A DNA stretch of 63,531 bases from an uncultured Bacilli bacterium (GTDB lineage: Bacteria; Bacillota_I; Bacilli_A; RF39; UBA660), in NCBI GenBank assembly GCA_947581835.1, contig CANPVV010000004.1:1-63531 (forward strand), given 5' to 3'. Below are positions 43,141-53,682 of the stretch, piece after piece; position 1 is the stretch's first letter; each line of letters starts with the position of its first letter. Below the pieces are notes generated by a model, which saw only the letters and a program-made list of their open reading frames with translations, did not search any database and was not told the origin of the DNA. The position numbers were made by a program, and so were the translations under genes.

Positions 43141-43881
43141 CTAACAGCCACGTTCTTTTTCACAGGTATTATTTTTTATTTCTTTAAAAGTTTCATTAAA
43201 AATAGCTTTTAATTCTTCTTTTTCAGTTTCATTTAGACCTAAGTATGGGTCTTCTTGAGAATCTACAGTTCCTTCATGAAATCCAACTATTTTCCCCTCT
43301 TTTAGAGCGACAACTGTTGGAGCGTATAATCTTTTTTCTTTAGTGTCATAATCTTTTTTATCACTGGTTATTTTATAATCTTCTAAATATTCATTTAAAT
43401 ATTCAAGAATTTTATAATAACTTTCAGTACCTTCTTTAGTTTGAGTTAATTTTTTATTTTTTACTTCATAACTAGAACGAATATCTTTGATATCAACATA
43501 ATAAAGGTTAGTGATATTATTTTCATCAACTGCCTCTAATAGAGTTTCTACCATACTACGACACCATGGGCAAGAATTAAAACCAAAATAAATAACTCCC
43601 GTACCATTTTTTAAAATGTCTAATATTTCTATATCACTTTTAATTGTTACAGGATTATTCTCCGCGATAGATACTTCTAAATAATCTTGGTCATTACTAT
43701 TTTTAGTACCATTTAAAACTTCGTATTGCTTTTTAAATTCTTTAGAAGAGACAGTCGAAGGTCTTTCATTAGTTTTTACTTCTTCTTTTGATTCTTCTTT
43801 GTTAGCTAAATAGAATTTTAAACCAACAGCTAGAATTAGAGCAACACCTAAAATTATTCCTATTATTCTTTTTTTATCCAT
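43141..43881 (-). CDS. Membrane-anchored thioredoxin-fold protein
   Basis: The start MDKKR follows AAGGTGG. It has a TM anchor and the CxxC motif FNSCPWCRS. Confidence 0.75.
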   Translation of the reverse strand: MDKKRIIGIILGVALILAVGLKFYLANKEESKEEVKTNERPSTVSSKEFKKQYEVLNGTKNSNDQDYLEVSIAENNPVTIKSDIEILDILKNGTGVIYFGFNSCPWCRSMVETLLEAVDENNITNLYYVDIKDIRSSYEVKNKKLTQTKEGTESYYKILEYLNEYLEDYKITSDKKDYDTKEKRLYAPTVVALKEGKIVGFHEGTVDSQEDPYLGLNETEKEELKAIFNETFKEIKNNTCEKERGC

Positions 43882-43924
43882 AAAAACCACCTTAGATGTA
43901 TTATATCTCATTATAAGTAAATAA

Positions 43925-44083
43925 TCAACCTAAAAATCGGACATAAACACATATAACACAGACAAAAAGTAGCATACCTAAAAGAACTATGATGATGCCA
44001 CTGTTGCGATTATTAATTTTTTTGTATTTTAAAAGTTGGTTATTTAAATTTTTTTTATTATCATTATCTTTTTCATTATTCAT
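43925..44083 (-). CDS. Small membrane protein, 52 aa (not in the ORF track)
   Basis: An AAGGTGA RBS lies 6 nt upstream of the ATG. The peptide is MNNEKDNDNKKNLNNQLLKYKKINNRNSGIIIVLLGMLLFVCVICVYVRFLG. It sits directly upstream of the thioredoxin-like gene. Confidence 0.4.
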   Translation of the reverse strand: MNNEKDNDNKKNLNNQLLKYKKINNRNSGIIIVLLGMLLFVCVICVYVRFLG

Positions 44084-44267
44084 TAAAATCACCTTCTATT
44101 TTCTAATATTATTATAAAATATATTTTAGGTTTTATGTAGTCTTTATTGATATTTTATTGTAAAAATTATGTAAAGATAAACTTAATATAGACAAATTAG
44201 GCCTTTTATAGTATAATTATTGTTAGTTATGAACTTTATTTTTTAGATTTGAAGGGAATGAATATTA

Positions 44268-45944
44268 ATGAAAAATAATAATATGACTACGTCTATTGTT
44301 GCTTTAGGTGGTTTAGGCGAAGTTGGAAAAAATATGTATGTTGTAACTCATAATAATGAAATAATAATCATTGATGCAGGTGTTATGTTTCCTCAAGATG
44401 ATTTACTTGGAATTGATTATGTTATACAAGATGTTAGTTATTTAAAACAGAATGAAGATAAAATAAAAGCTTTAGTTATTACTCATGGACATGAGGACCA
44501 TATTGGGGGAATTTCTTTTTTACTTAATACTGTAAATATTCCTAAGATTTATGCTTCAAAGATTGCAACTGATTTAATTAATAAGAAGTTAGTTGATAGA
44601 AATATTAATTTTAATAATATTGAAATTGTAACAGAGGATTCAGTTATTAAAACAAAATATTTTACAATTGAGTTTGTGGGAACTACCCATTCGATACCTG
44701 GTTCTTATGCGATTGCTATTCATACACCTAATGGAACTATTTTTGAAACTGGAGATTTTAAGTTTGATTTAACACCAATTGGGCCAATGGCTAATATTCA
44801 TAAGATGGCTGAGTTAGGAAAAAAAGGAGTTACTCTTTTATTAAGTGATTCGACTAATGCTTTATCGGAAGGATTTTCTAAAAGTGAATCAAGTGTAGAT
44901 GAGGCTTTAAATGATATTGTATCAAAACATTTTGGAAGAGTTATTATTGCAACTTTTGCCTCAAATATATTTAGAATAAAACATATTGTTGAGACTTGTC
45001 GAAAGAATAATCGTAAAATTATTATTTTTGGAAGATCAATGGAAACAAGTATTGAACTAGCGGTTAATAATGGTTTAATTGAAGATAAGTCAATTTTTAT
45101 TGATAATAATCAAGCTAAGGGATTAAAGAAAAAAGAGATTTGTATTTTATGTACTGGAACACAAGGAGAACCTTTGGCGGCATTATCAAGAATTGCAAGT
45201 GGACAACATAAACAAATTACTTTAATGCCTGATGATTTAGTAGTTTTCTCTTCTTCCCCTATTCCTGGGAATGCAGCAGCGATTAACCGAGTTATTAATA
45301 AACTTTATTTAAAAGGAGTTAAAGTTTATACTAATAAAACTTTTAATGATGTTCATACTTCAGGACACGCGAAAGAAGAAGAACTTAAATGGATGCTACG
45401 AATAATTAATCCAAAATATTTTATGCCAATGCATGGTGAATATCGGATGCTTAAAGCGCATGGAGAAATTGCCGAGGCTTGTGGGATTTCAAAAGAAAAT
45501 ATATTTATATGTAAAAATGGGGACGTATTAAATATTAATAAAGGAGTAGTTAGCCGAGGAGAAGTTGTTAAAAGTGGAGATGTTTATGTTGATGGTTCAA
45601 GAATTGGAGATATTGGTTCACAAGTTATTAAAGATAGAAAGTTAATGTCGAGTGATGGTATTTTAGTAACTATTTTAAATATTAATACAATTAGTAAAGA
45701 GTTATTAATTAAGCCTAATGTTACAACTAGAGGATTTATTATGGTTAATGAAAATCCAGAGTTAATTAGTAAAATTGAACATAAGATAACAGATATTGTA
45801 AATAAATTTTTTAGAACAACTCCTTATAGTTATACTGATTTAAAAAATCAAATTATTTTAGAATTATATCCTTTTATTAATGAACTTACCGGAAGAAGAC
45901 CTATTATATTACCGGTTATTATGGAAGTTAATAAAGCTAATTAA
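44268..45944 (+). CDS. rnjA: Ribonuclease J, canonical (RNase J1-like)
   Basis: Intact beta-CASP/MBL motifs: ITHGHEDHIGG, GTTHSIPG, TGDFKFD, HTSGHA, PMHGEY. Confidence 0.9.
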   Translation: MKNNNMTTSIVALGGLGEVGKNMYVVTHNNEIIIIDAGVMFPQDDLLGIDYVIQDVSYLKQNEDKIKALVITHGHEDHIGGISFLLNTVNIPKIYASKIATDLINKKLVDRNINFNNIEIVTEDSVIKTKYFTIEFVGTTHSIPGSYAIAIHTPNGTIFETGDFKFDLTPIGPMANIHKMAELGKKGVTLLLSDSTNALSEGFSKSESSVDEALNDIVSKHFGRVIIATFASNIFRIKHIVETCRKNNRKIIIFGRSMETSIELAVNNGLIEDKSIFIDNNQAKGLKKKEICILCTGTQGEPLAALSRIASGQHKQITLMPDDLVVFSSSPIPGNAAAINRVINKLYLKGVKVYTNKTFNDVHTSGHAKEEELKWMLRIINPKYFMPMHGEYRMLKAHGEIAEACGISKENIFICKNGDVLNINKGVVSRGEVVKSGDVYVDGSRIGDIGSQVIKDRKLMSSDGILVTILNINTISKELLIKPNVTTRGFIMVNENPELISKIEHKITDIVNKFFRTTPYSYTDLKNQIILELYPFINELTGRRPIILPVIMEVNKAN

Positions 45945-45983
45945 AAATTTTTAAAAAATAAATAGAAAGTGAACTATTTATTT

Positions 45984-46844
45984 TTATTTTAATGAGGCAT
46001 GACGAAGTTTTCCATCTTTAGTTTTTTCTAAATAGTTTACTACTACTTTGATTTTAGGAGGAATAAAGGTGGCTTCTTCTTTAAAGTTTAGAAATTTATT
46101 GGAAGTTTTAGAAGATTTTAAGACTTGGTTTATTATGGGATTACTTGAAGTTAGACTTACTTTACCAACATAGTATAAATCTTTGTTGTGATATTCCCCT
46201 AGTAATAAGCTGTATTTTTCTTTATTAAAGATATAGCCACAGATATAATATTCGCCATCTTTGATATTTTTAATCTTAAGCCAAGAATCTGCTCTTTTAC
46301 CTGGATAATAGAGACTTTCTTTTTCTTTGGCAACAATTCCCTCTAAACCTAATTTTTGGATTTTTTGAAATAATTTAAGACCATCAGAATAATATTCGGA
46401 TTTAATAAATTCAGAGGTATCAGGATAGGTATTTAATATCTCTTTTCTTTTTATTAGAGGAAGTTTAGTTAAATCTTTGTTTTCATAGATAATATCAAAA
46501 CAGATAAAATAGATAGGTATTTCATAGATAGTATTTTCTGTAATGTTTTTTAGTTTACTTCGAACTTCAAGATTATGAAAATTGGGAAGACCATTTTGAA
46601 CGGCGATTAGTTCTCCATCAAAGATAACTGATTTATCTTTAACAATTTTTTTAATGCTTTGAAGTTCAGGATAAGTGTTAGTTAAGTCTTTACCATTTCG
46701 ACTTATAATAGTTACTTTGTTTTTATTGGCATAGACAAATACGCGATAGCCATCATATTTTATTTCGTATAAATAATTGGAATCCGTGAATGGTTTAGAT
46801 ATTTCTTTTAAAAGCATGGGTTTTAAAGTATGGTTATTAAACAT
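45984..46844 (-). CDS. ligD: ATP-dependent DNA ligase, ligase-domain-only LigD type
   Basis: Adenylation motif YEIKYDGYR. At 286 aa it has no polymerase or nuclease domains. It overlaps ku by 8 nt. Confidence 0.8.
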   Translation of the reverse strand: MFNNHTLKPMLLKEISKPFTDSNYLYEIKYDGYRVFVYANKNKVTIISRNGKDLTNTYPELQSIKKIVKDKSVIFDGELIAVQNGLPNFHNLEVRSKLKNITENTIYEIPIYFICFDIIYENKDLTKLPLIKRKEILNTYPDTSEFIKSEYYSDGLKLFQKIQKLGLEGIVAKEKESLYYPGKRADSWLKIKNIKDGEYYICGYIFNKEKYSLLLGEYHNKDLYYVGKVSLTSSNPIINQVLKSSKTSNKFLNFKEEATFIPPKIKVVVNYLEKTKDGKLRHASLK

Positions 46845-47577
46845 TTTTTAAACTCATTTCTAGTGCTGTCATTAAATCTTTGATGGTTCTTTCTTGTTTT
46901 ACTTGAGGTTTTTTTATTTTTTTACCATCTAATTTAGCATTAAGGGCTGTTTTTATTTTTTCTTGATATTCATCTATTAATATATCCGGATTAAATTTTA
47001 TACTTAAAGATTTTATTAAATTTAGAGCTAAGTCTTCTTCTTTTTTAGTAAATTTAGCTTCACTTACTAATTCGGGGATTATTATTTCTTCTGGGAAATA
47101 TAGAGTATTTAGGATTAAACCATCAGGATTAACTCGAATAATACAGTAATAAAACTTGGTACCAATTATTGTTTTAGAAAGAGCTATTTTACCACTTTTG
47201 GCTAAAGCTGTTTTAAATAAACTGTAGGCTTTACTTTTGGTGGGTGGACTTATAAGATAGCTTTTTTCAAAGTAAATTGGGTCTATTTCTTTTAGATTTA
47301 TAAAGCCAATAATATCAATAGTTTTTTCATCTTCACTTTTTAAATTGTTAAACTCTTCATCGGTTAAAGTTATATAGTTATCTTTTTTTACTTGATAACC
47401 TTTAATAATATCAGGTTGTTTAACTTCTTTTTTACAGTGAGGACAGTATTTTATATATTTGATACGAGATAAACATTTTTTATGAAGTTGATTAAAAGAT
47501 ATATCATTGTTTTTAATTATAGGACGCATTTCTACTGGAATAGAAACTAGCCCAAAGGATATTGTTGTTTTTTTCAA
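46837..47577 (-). CDS. ku: Ku protein (non-homologous end joining)
   Basis: ISFGLVSIPVEM...FNQLHK pattern and size. Confidence 0.85.
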   Translation of the reverse strand: MKKTTISFGLVSIPVEMRPIIKNNDISFNQLHKKCLSRIKYIKYCPHCKKEVKQPDIIKGYQVKKDNYITLTDEEFNNLKSEDEKTIDIIGFINLKEIDPIYFEKSYLISPPTKSKAYSLFKTALAKSGKIALSKTIIGTKFYYCIIRVNPDGLILNTLYFPEEIIIPELVSEAKFTKKEEDLALNLIKSLSIKFNPDILIDEYQEKIKTALNAKLDGKKIKKPQVKQERTIKDLMTALEMSLKNV

Positions 47578-47648
47578 ATATTATCACCTAATATATTGTG
47601 AATTGTTTTTAAGAAAAATATTCAAAATATAAAAATTAGGGATTTTTT

Positions 47649-48275
47649 TTAGTCTTTTGTTCTTTTTAAAATTAAATTTTGAGCAGAATTTATTTTGGTT
47701 AAAGCAATATCTTTTTTGGATAGATTGCAAGTTTTTAGAAAAGGGAGTTGAATTAAAGTATTGTTAAGATATTCTAATTCTTTGATATTTCCTTTTTTTA
47801 GTTCACTTTCAATCATGAAAAATGGTTCTAAAGGGATATTTTCATAATAAGGATTTACTTCATCAAAACAGATTTCAATTAATGTATCTTTTGAGTTATA
47901 ATGGTAGAGTTTGCGAGTAGTTATTAATTTTAAATTTTCAGAAAGATGGTGAATGGGTAGCTTAAGATTATCTTGAATAAATTTAAGCATTTCTTCAAGG
48001 CTAGTAAAATTGAGTTCTTTTCGTTTATCTATACTTTGAGTATCTAATTTTATTTTTAAAGTATATTCAGTTTCTTTTCCGACTTTTCTTTGTCTAGCAT
48101 TTAAGCCAAGATTTTTTAAAAGATTACATTTATCATAATAAATATCATGATTGATTAAAATGGGAGTTGGTGATTTAGTTAAACTGAGCTTAGATATTAA
48201 AAAGTTAGTTGCAAATTCTTTAGTAGTATTTTCTTTTAAAAGATATTTTTTTTCGATTTCTAAATTATTTTCCAT
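47649..48275 (-). CDS. CYTH-domain protein
   Basis: The N-terminal LEIEKKYLL matches the ExExK signature of CYTH/triphosphate tunnel enzymes. Confidence 0.55.
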   Translation of the reverse strand: MENNLEIEKKYLLKENTTKEFATNFLISKLSLTKSPTPILINHDIYYDKCNLLKNLGLNARQRKVGKETEYTLKIKLDTQSIDKRKELNFTSLEEMLKFIQDNLKLPIHHLSENLKLITTRKLYHYNSKDTLIEICFDEVNPYYENIPLEPFFMIESELKKGNIKELEYLNNTLIQLPFLKTCNLSKKDIALTKINSAQNLILKRTKD

Positions 48276-48314
48276 TGGTTAGTCCTTTCTTTTTTAGAGA
48301 ATTTTAAAAGAAGC

Positions 48315-49868
48315 TTATCTTGCTTCTTCAATAGCTCTTGTTTCTCTAATTACATTTATTTTAATAGTTCCAGGATATTGCATTTCTGATTCAATTCTTT
48401 CTTTGATATCGCGAGCCATTTTATAACTTTTAGCATCGTCTACTTCATCAGGTTTTACTATAACACGAATTTCGCGACCAGCTTGAACGGCAAAAGTTTT
48501 TTCTACGCCTTCAAAAGAATTACCTATTTCTTCAAGTTGACTTAGACGTTTCATATAATTATCCATTGTATCATTACGAGCACCTGGACGAGCAGCAGAA
48601 AGAGTATCGGCAATTTCAACTAAAACGGAAATAACACTGGTAGCATCTTTATCGCCATGATGAGATTCAATAGCATTTATGACAACTTCATCTTCATGGT
48701 ATTTGCGAGCTAAATCGGCACCTATTTCAACATGACTTCCTTCAATTTCAAAATCAATTGATTTACCTATATCATGTAAGAGCCCTGCCCTTTTAGCTAA
48801 AGCAACATTTTCACCTAGTTCTTGAGCCATAAGCCCAGTTAAGTGAGCAACTTCCATAGAATGTTTTAAAGCATTTTGACCATAACTAGAACGATATTTT
48901 AATTTTCCAACTAAATTAATTAATTCAGGGTCCATTTTTACTATACCTAAATCATATAAGGCTTCATTACCAATTTCCATAATTTTGGTATTAATATCTT
49001 TAGAAACTTTATCATATACTTCTTCAATGCGAGCTGGATGGATTCGGCCATCTTTTATTAAAGTTTCAATGGTAACTTTGGCTATTTCACGACGAAGAGG
49101 ATCAAAGGAAGATATTACTATAGCCTCAGGAGTATCATCAATTATTAAATCAACTCCAGTTATAGATTCAATTGTTCTAATATTTCGGCCTTCACGACCT
49201 ATTAGACGTCCTTTCATTTCATCGTTTGGTAAGTCAATAGTACTTACAGTTTGTTCACTAGCAACGTCTTCGGCATAACGCTCCATACTAGTAACTATTA
49301 TTTGTTTTGCTTTTTCATGAGCTTCTACTTTGGCTTTTCTTTCTTCTTCTTGGATATATTCTACTATTTCAGTAGCCATATCGGCTTCAACGCGTTTCAT
49401 AATTAAATCATGTGCTTTTTCTTTAGAAAATTTAGCTATTTTTTCTAGTTCTTCAAGTTCTTGTTTTAAGAGTTCATCCATTTTTAACTCTTTTTCTTGT
49501 ATTTCTTTTTGTTTTGCTAATAAAATATTTTCTTTTTCTTCTAAGTTGTTATCTCTTTTTTGAAGCATCTCTTCTCTTTTGTCTAAAGAGGCTTCTCTTT
49601 GTAAAAGTCTATTTTCATTTTCTTTTAATTCGGCTTTTTTTTCTTTAATTTCTTTATCTGTTTCTTGTTTTAAACGGTATGATTCTTCTTTTAATTCCAT
49701 CAAGGAATCACGTTTATGTTTATCTGCTTCTTTTTTAGCATCTTCAATTATTTTATTAGCTTTATTTTCATTTTGATTATTCTTAATTGCGTTGATAATA
49801 AGAATAACTCCAAACCCAACAAAAAATCCAATTACAAGAGTTAAAATGGACATTAAATTAAAATCCAT
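48315..49868 (-). CDS. rny: Ribonuclease Y
   Basis: N-terminal TM helix, long coiled coil, KH domain (GRLIGREGRNIR) and HD domain (LLHDIGK). Confidence 0.93.
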   Translation of the reverse strand: MDFNLMSILTLVIGFFVGFGVILIINAIKNNQNENKANKIIEDAKKEADKHKRDSLMELKEESYRLKQETDKEIKEKKAELKENENRLLQREASLDKREEMLQKRDNNLEEKENILLAKQKEIQEKELKMDELLKQELEELEKIAKFSKEKAHDLIMKRVEADMATEIVEYIQEEERKAKVEAHEKAKQIIVTSMERYAEDVASEQTVSTIDLPNDEMKGRLIGREGRNIRTIESITGVDLIIDDTPEAIVISSFDPLRREIAKVTIETLIKDGRIHPARIEEVYDKVSKDINTKIMEIGNEALYDLGIVKMDPELINLVGKLKYRSSYGQNALKHSMEVAHLTGLMAQELGENVALAKRAGLLHDIGKSIDFEIEGSHVEIGADLARKYHEDEVVINAIESHHGDKDATSVISVLVEIADTLSAARPGARNDTMDNYMKRLSQLEEIGNSFEGVEKTFAVQAGREIRVIVKPDEVDDAKSYKMARDIKERIESEMQYPGTIKINVIRETRAIEEAR

Positions 49869-49958
49869 TTTAAAATCTCCTCACTATAGATTAATATCTA
49901 TATATTAATTATAATGGTTATTTAAGATTATGGCAAGAAAAAATTGAAGATTTTTTAG

Positions 49959-51014
49959 TTATTCTGCATTTTCTTTATCTTTTTCAGAAGATTTTTTCTT
50001 ATTTTTATCTTGATTAAAACCATAGTGATTTCTTACTTTAGTTTCGATTTCATTACATAAAGTAGGATTTTCTTTTAAATATATTTTAACATTTTCCTTA
50101 CCTTGACCAATTTTTTCGCCATTATAAGCATACCAGGCTCCACTTTTATCAAGGATACCTAAGGAAGAGGCAATATCAATTAATTCGCCTTCTTTAGAGA
50201 TACCTTCTCCATACATTATATCAACAGTGGCAGTTTTAAAAGGAGGTGCAACTTTATTTTTAACTACTTTAATATTAGTTTTATTACCAATTATTTGTTC
50301 ACCCATTTTAATTTGCTCAGAACGTCTGATATCAAGACGGATAGTCGCATAAAATTTTAATGCTCGACCACCAGGAGTAGTCTCAGGATTCCCAAACATA
50401 ACACCAACTTTTTCTCTTAATTGGTTGATAAATATGGCAGTTGTTTTGGTTTTATTAATAGTTCCAGATAGTTTGCGAAGGGCTTGAGACATAAGACGGG
50501 CTTGTAAACCTACATGAGAATCCCCCATTTCGCCATCAATTTCAGCTTGAGGAACTAAAGCCGCGACAGAGTCAATAACTATAATATTTACAGCTTCACT
50601 GCGAACTAAGGCTTCGCATATTTCTAAGGCTTGTTCTCCAGTATCAGGTTGAGATAATAATAATTCATTTATATCGACACCTAAGGCTTTGGCATATACA
50701 GGGTCTAGCGCGTGTTCGGCATCAATAAAGGCTGCCCGGCCTCCTAATTTTTGAACTTCAGCAATGGCTTGGAGAGCAATGGTTGTTTTACCTGATGATT
50801 CTGGTCCATAAATTTCAATAATACGACCTTTAGGAAAACCTCCAACACCTAAAGCAATATCTAAAGCGAGAGAACCACTTGAGGTTACGTCTATTTTAGT
50901 ATGTTCTTCACTTCCTAATTTCATAATAGCCCCAGCACCAAATTGTTTTTCAATATCCGCTAAAACTTGTTCGAGTGCTTTATCTTTATTCTTTTCTTCT
51001 TTGACTTGTTTCAT
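49959..51014 (-). CDS. recA: Recombinase A
   Basis: Walker [10 protein letters not shown], plus [12 protein letters not shown] and [22 protein letters not shown]. Confidence 0.95.
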   Translation of the reverse strand: MKQVKEEKNKDKALEQVLADIEKQFGAGAIMKLGSEEHTKIDVTSSGSLALDIALGVGGFPKGRIIEIYGPESSGKTTIALQAIAEVQKLGGRAAFIDAEHALDPVYAKALGVDINELLLSQPDTGEQALEICEALVRSEAVNIIVIDSVAALVPQAEIDGEMGDSHVGLQARLMSQALRKLSGTINKTKTTAIFINQLREKVGVMFGNPETTPGGRALKFYATIRLDIRRSEQIKMGEQIIGNKTNIKVVKNKVAPPFKTATVDIMYGEGISKEGELIDIASSLGILDKSGAWYAYNGEKIGQGKENVKIYLKENPTLCNEIETKVRNHYGFNQDKNKKKSSEKDKENAE

Positions 51015-51078
51015 AATATAATCCTTTCTTAGTGCACTTTCAATTTATCATAAAAAAATGGGTTTGTCAATAGATATT

Positions 51079-51092
51079 CGAACAAATGTGTG
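51079..51092. promoter_or_regulatory. Possible degenerate LexA (Cheo) box upstream of recA
   Basis: CGAACAAATGTGTG compares with the consensus CGAAC-N4-GTTCG. One half-site is perfect and the other has 2 mismatches. It lies 65 nt upstream of the recA start. Confidence 0.3.
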
Positions 51093-51249
51093 TAAATTCT
51101 AAAAACTTAGAAAAAAAATTTAAAATTGGGAGACTTCCCCTTTTATAACATTTAAAAAATTGGAGGGAAAATAGAAAAAACATCTCTAACAAGATGCTTT
51201 AAAAAGTTTCTTAAAGTAAGCGTTTATATTAATTTTTTAATTTTTATGG

Positions 51250-52155
51250 CTAAAAAATATCACTTAAGCCTAAGCCTTTACTTTTAATTGTTCCTCCCCC
51301 GATATCATAACAATCATTGATTATAAAGAAAGCATTTTTATCTATGGCTCTAATAACTTCTTTAAAGTAGTAATAATCTTTAGTAGGAACGGCACACATT
51401 AATATTTTTTTAGATTTCTTAGAATAACCACCTTTACCATCTAAAACAGTTACTCCAACTTTTAAATCATTGATTATTACTTTTTCTATTTTATCTATCA
51501 TATCACTTTGGATAAAAAATAGTTTTTGTTTGGATATGCCAATAATCATTCGGTCAACAATTATACTAAAAATATAGGTAATAATAATTGCATAAACAAC
51601 TTTATTAACACCCATTACTAAACCAGCGAATAAAATAATAACTAAACTACTTATAAAGTTGGCTCTTCCCTCAGGCATATGAAGATACTTACACATGATA
51701 TGCATAATTATATCGGAACCACCAGTATTATAGCCCATTTTATAGACTAGACCATTAGAAAAACCATAGATAATTGATGATAAAACTAAAACAATAAAGA
51801 AATCATCAAATTTAAAATAAGGTATAAGCATTTTACTTAAAGGATATGTAAAAGTTATCATAATCGGATACAAAATACTTCCAAAGGCAGCTTTTTTAGT
51901 TTTGTTATAGCCTAAAGTAAAATAACTTAATACTAAAAGTAATATATTAGTAAAATAAATAAAAACCTCATTATTCCAACCCCATAAATGATTAAAAACA
52001 ATTGATAGACCACTTACTCCTCCCGTAACTAGGCCATATTCAACAAAAAACATATTATAGTTAAGAGCCATTAAAAATACTCCAATTAGTACATATAAAA
52101 CTCTAATCATACGATCTTTATTTGTAACTACTTCAATTATTTTTTTTATATCCAT
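51250..52155 (-). CDS. YitT-family membrane protein (DUF2179 C-terminal domain)
   Basis: Five or six TM helices with GGVSGLSIV, and a soluble C-terminal domain. Confidence 0.75.
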   Translation of the reverse strand: MDIKKIIEVVTNKDRMIRVLYVLIGVFLMALNYNMFFVEYGLVTGGVSGLSIVFNHLWGWNNEVFIYFTNILLLVLSYFTLGYNKTKKAAFGSILYPIMITFTYPLSKMLIPYFKFDDFFIVLVLSSIIYGFSNGLVYKMGYNTGGSDIIMHIMCKYLHMPEGRANFISSLVIILFAGLVMGVNKVVYAIIITYIFSIIVDRMIIGISKQKLFFIQSDMIDKIEKVIINDLKVGVTVLDGKGGYSKKSKKILMCAVPTKDYYYFKEVIRAIDKNAFFIINDCYDIGGGTIKSKGLGLSDIF

Positions 52156-52252
52156 AATTATCTATCCTCTATTAAATAATAAAATTAAATTCTTAAATTG
52201 TCAACATAAAATATTCTTTTTGGCATATTCTTTAAAGAGGTGAAGATAAAAA

Positions 52253-52612
52253 ATGAATGGTAATTTTTTTAGTACTCCTACCTTTCCTACTAATAACAAA
52301 GAAGCTTTAGAAAGTCCTCCAGGTAATATTAATTTTAGTAATACTTTTGCCCCAATGGAACAGAGTTATATAGAAAATATTTTAAGATTAAATAAGGGTA
52401 AAAAAGTAAAAGTATATTATTCTTATCCTGATTCTAATGAGTGGAAAGATAAAATATATGAAGGAATAATTGAAGAAGCAGGAAGAGATCATTTAATAAT
52501 AAGTGATCCGAAAACTGGGGATTGGTATTTACTTAGAATGATTTATTTAAATTATGTTACTTTTGAAGAAAGAATAAATTATAGTCATAATTATTCTGAA
52601 AAAACGTATTAA
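52253..52612 (+). CDS. gerQ: Spore coat protein GerQ
   Basis: EQSYIENILRLNKGKKVKVYY...AGRDHLIISDPKTGDWYLLRMIYLNYVTFEE parallels Bacillus GerQ. Confidence 0.8.
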   Translation: MNGNFFSTPTFPTNNKEALESPPGNINFSNTFAPMEQSYIENILRLNKGKKVKVYYSYPDSNEWKDKIYEGIIEEAGRDHLIISDPKTGDWYLLRMIYLNYVTFEERINYSHNYSEKTY

Positions 52613-53565
52613 GTTTCGATATTAATACGTCTTTTTAATTCTATATTAGTAGTTTTAGAGAGATTAAAATAGTTATAGATATCTTTGATATAAGTTTTAA
52701 CTTTTTTATGGTACATTTGATAAGTAATAAAGCCATTTTCATATCTTAAATATATTTTTTTGGCATAAGAGATAACTAAAAAATTGATTATTTTATAAAT
52801 TAGGCTGGGCATAACAGTTTCAATATTAAAAGTTTCAGCATCAAATATATCCCATTTTAAGAATAAATCCATATTATGAATAAAATTTAGAATTTCAGTT
52901 TCAGTATTATACTTTTTTAAAATATCTACTAAGCCATATAAACTGCCTTTAGAATAGAGATATTCCATTTCATTTTTACCGACAATTAATTCTAATTTAC
53001 TTACTAAAAAAACGAGATTTTTATAGCACCACTCATCAAGTAAGAGATATCTTTTGGTAAGTAATTCGGTATAGCCTTCATTAATTCCATTTCCTATTTC
53101 AAATTTTTTAGAGTGAAGACCAATACTAAAGCCAGAATAATCAGCATCTTCAGTGATATGAGTACTAAGACAGTGAAAAAGCTCATGAAAAATACTGGAT
53201 AATTCTGTATTAAAACGAGTTGCTATTTCATTGGGTCCTAACCAATAACTGGCATTATTACCACTTAAGTAATTTTCTAAAGAAACTCTTATATTTAAAG
53301 TTTTAAGATTGCGTTTTAAGTAGCCTAAATCAAAATTATGGTTGGTTTCTACTTGTTTAATAAATAAATTTAGATATTTCAAATAAATTCCTTCTATTTT
53401 AGAATTGATTTTTAGATCTTTTAGGTAAGGTAAATCAGTGGGTTTTAAAATATATTCCATGATATAACTTTTTTTAGAGGTTAGACTTTTATCAAAGGCG
53501 ATAAATACAGGATTTAATAATTTAGTTAGAATAGCTTTTTGATTTAATTTAGCTTTATTAGGCAT
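52609..53565 (-). CDS. Hypothetical protein with HExxH motif (possible zinc metalloprotease)
   Basis: FHELFHC is the only recognisable motif. Confidence 0.45.
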   Translation of the reverse strand: MPNKAKLNQKAILTKLLNPVFIAFDKSLTSKKSYIMEYILKPTDLPYLKDLKINSKIEGIYLKYLNLFIKQVETNHNFDLGYLKRNLKTLNIRVSLENYLSGNNASYWLGPNEIATRFNTELSSIFHELFHCLSTHITEDADYSGFSIGLHSKKFEIGNGINEGYTELLTKRYLLLDEWCYKNLVFLVSKLELIVGKNEMEYLYSKGSLYGLVDILKKYNTETEILNFIHNMDLFLKWDIFDAETFNIETVMPSLIYKIINFLVISYAKKIYLRYENGFITYQMYHKKVKTYIKDIYNYFNLSKTTNIELKRRINIET

Positions 53566-53682
53566 ACTTAAAACCCCTTACTAATTTTTTTATTATAGCA
53601 CTATAAAGCTGATATGTCAAAAAAGTTTAAATAGAATTTAATTTTTAATTAAACTATGATATACTTATAATGGTGATAGAAT

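Noticed and set aside
48985-49776. Plus-strand ORFs antisense to RNase Y (48985-49278, 49330-49563, 49579-49776)
   Set aside because: They are Ser/Phe-rich reverse-frame artefacts of a Lys/Glu-rich coiled-coil coding region.
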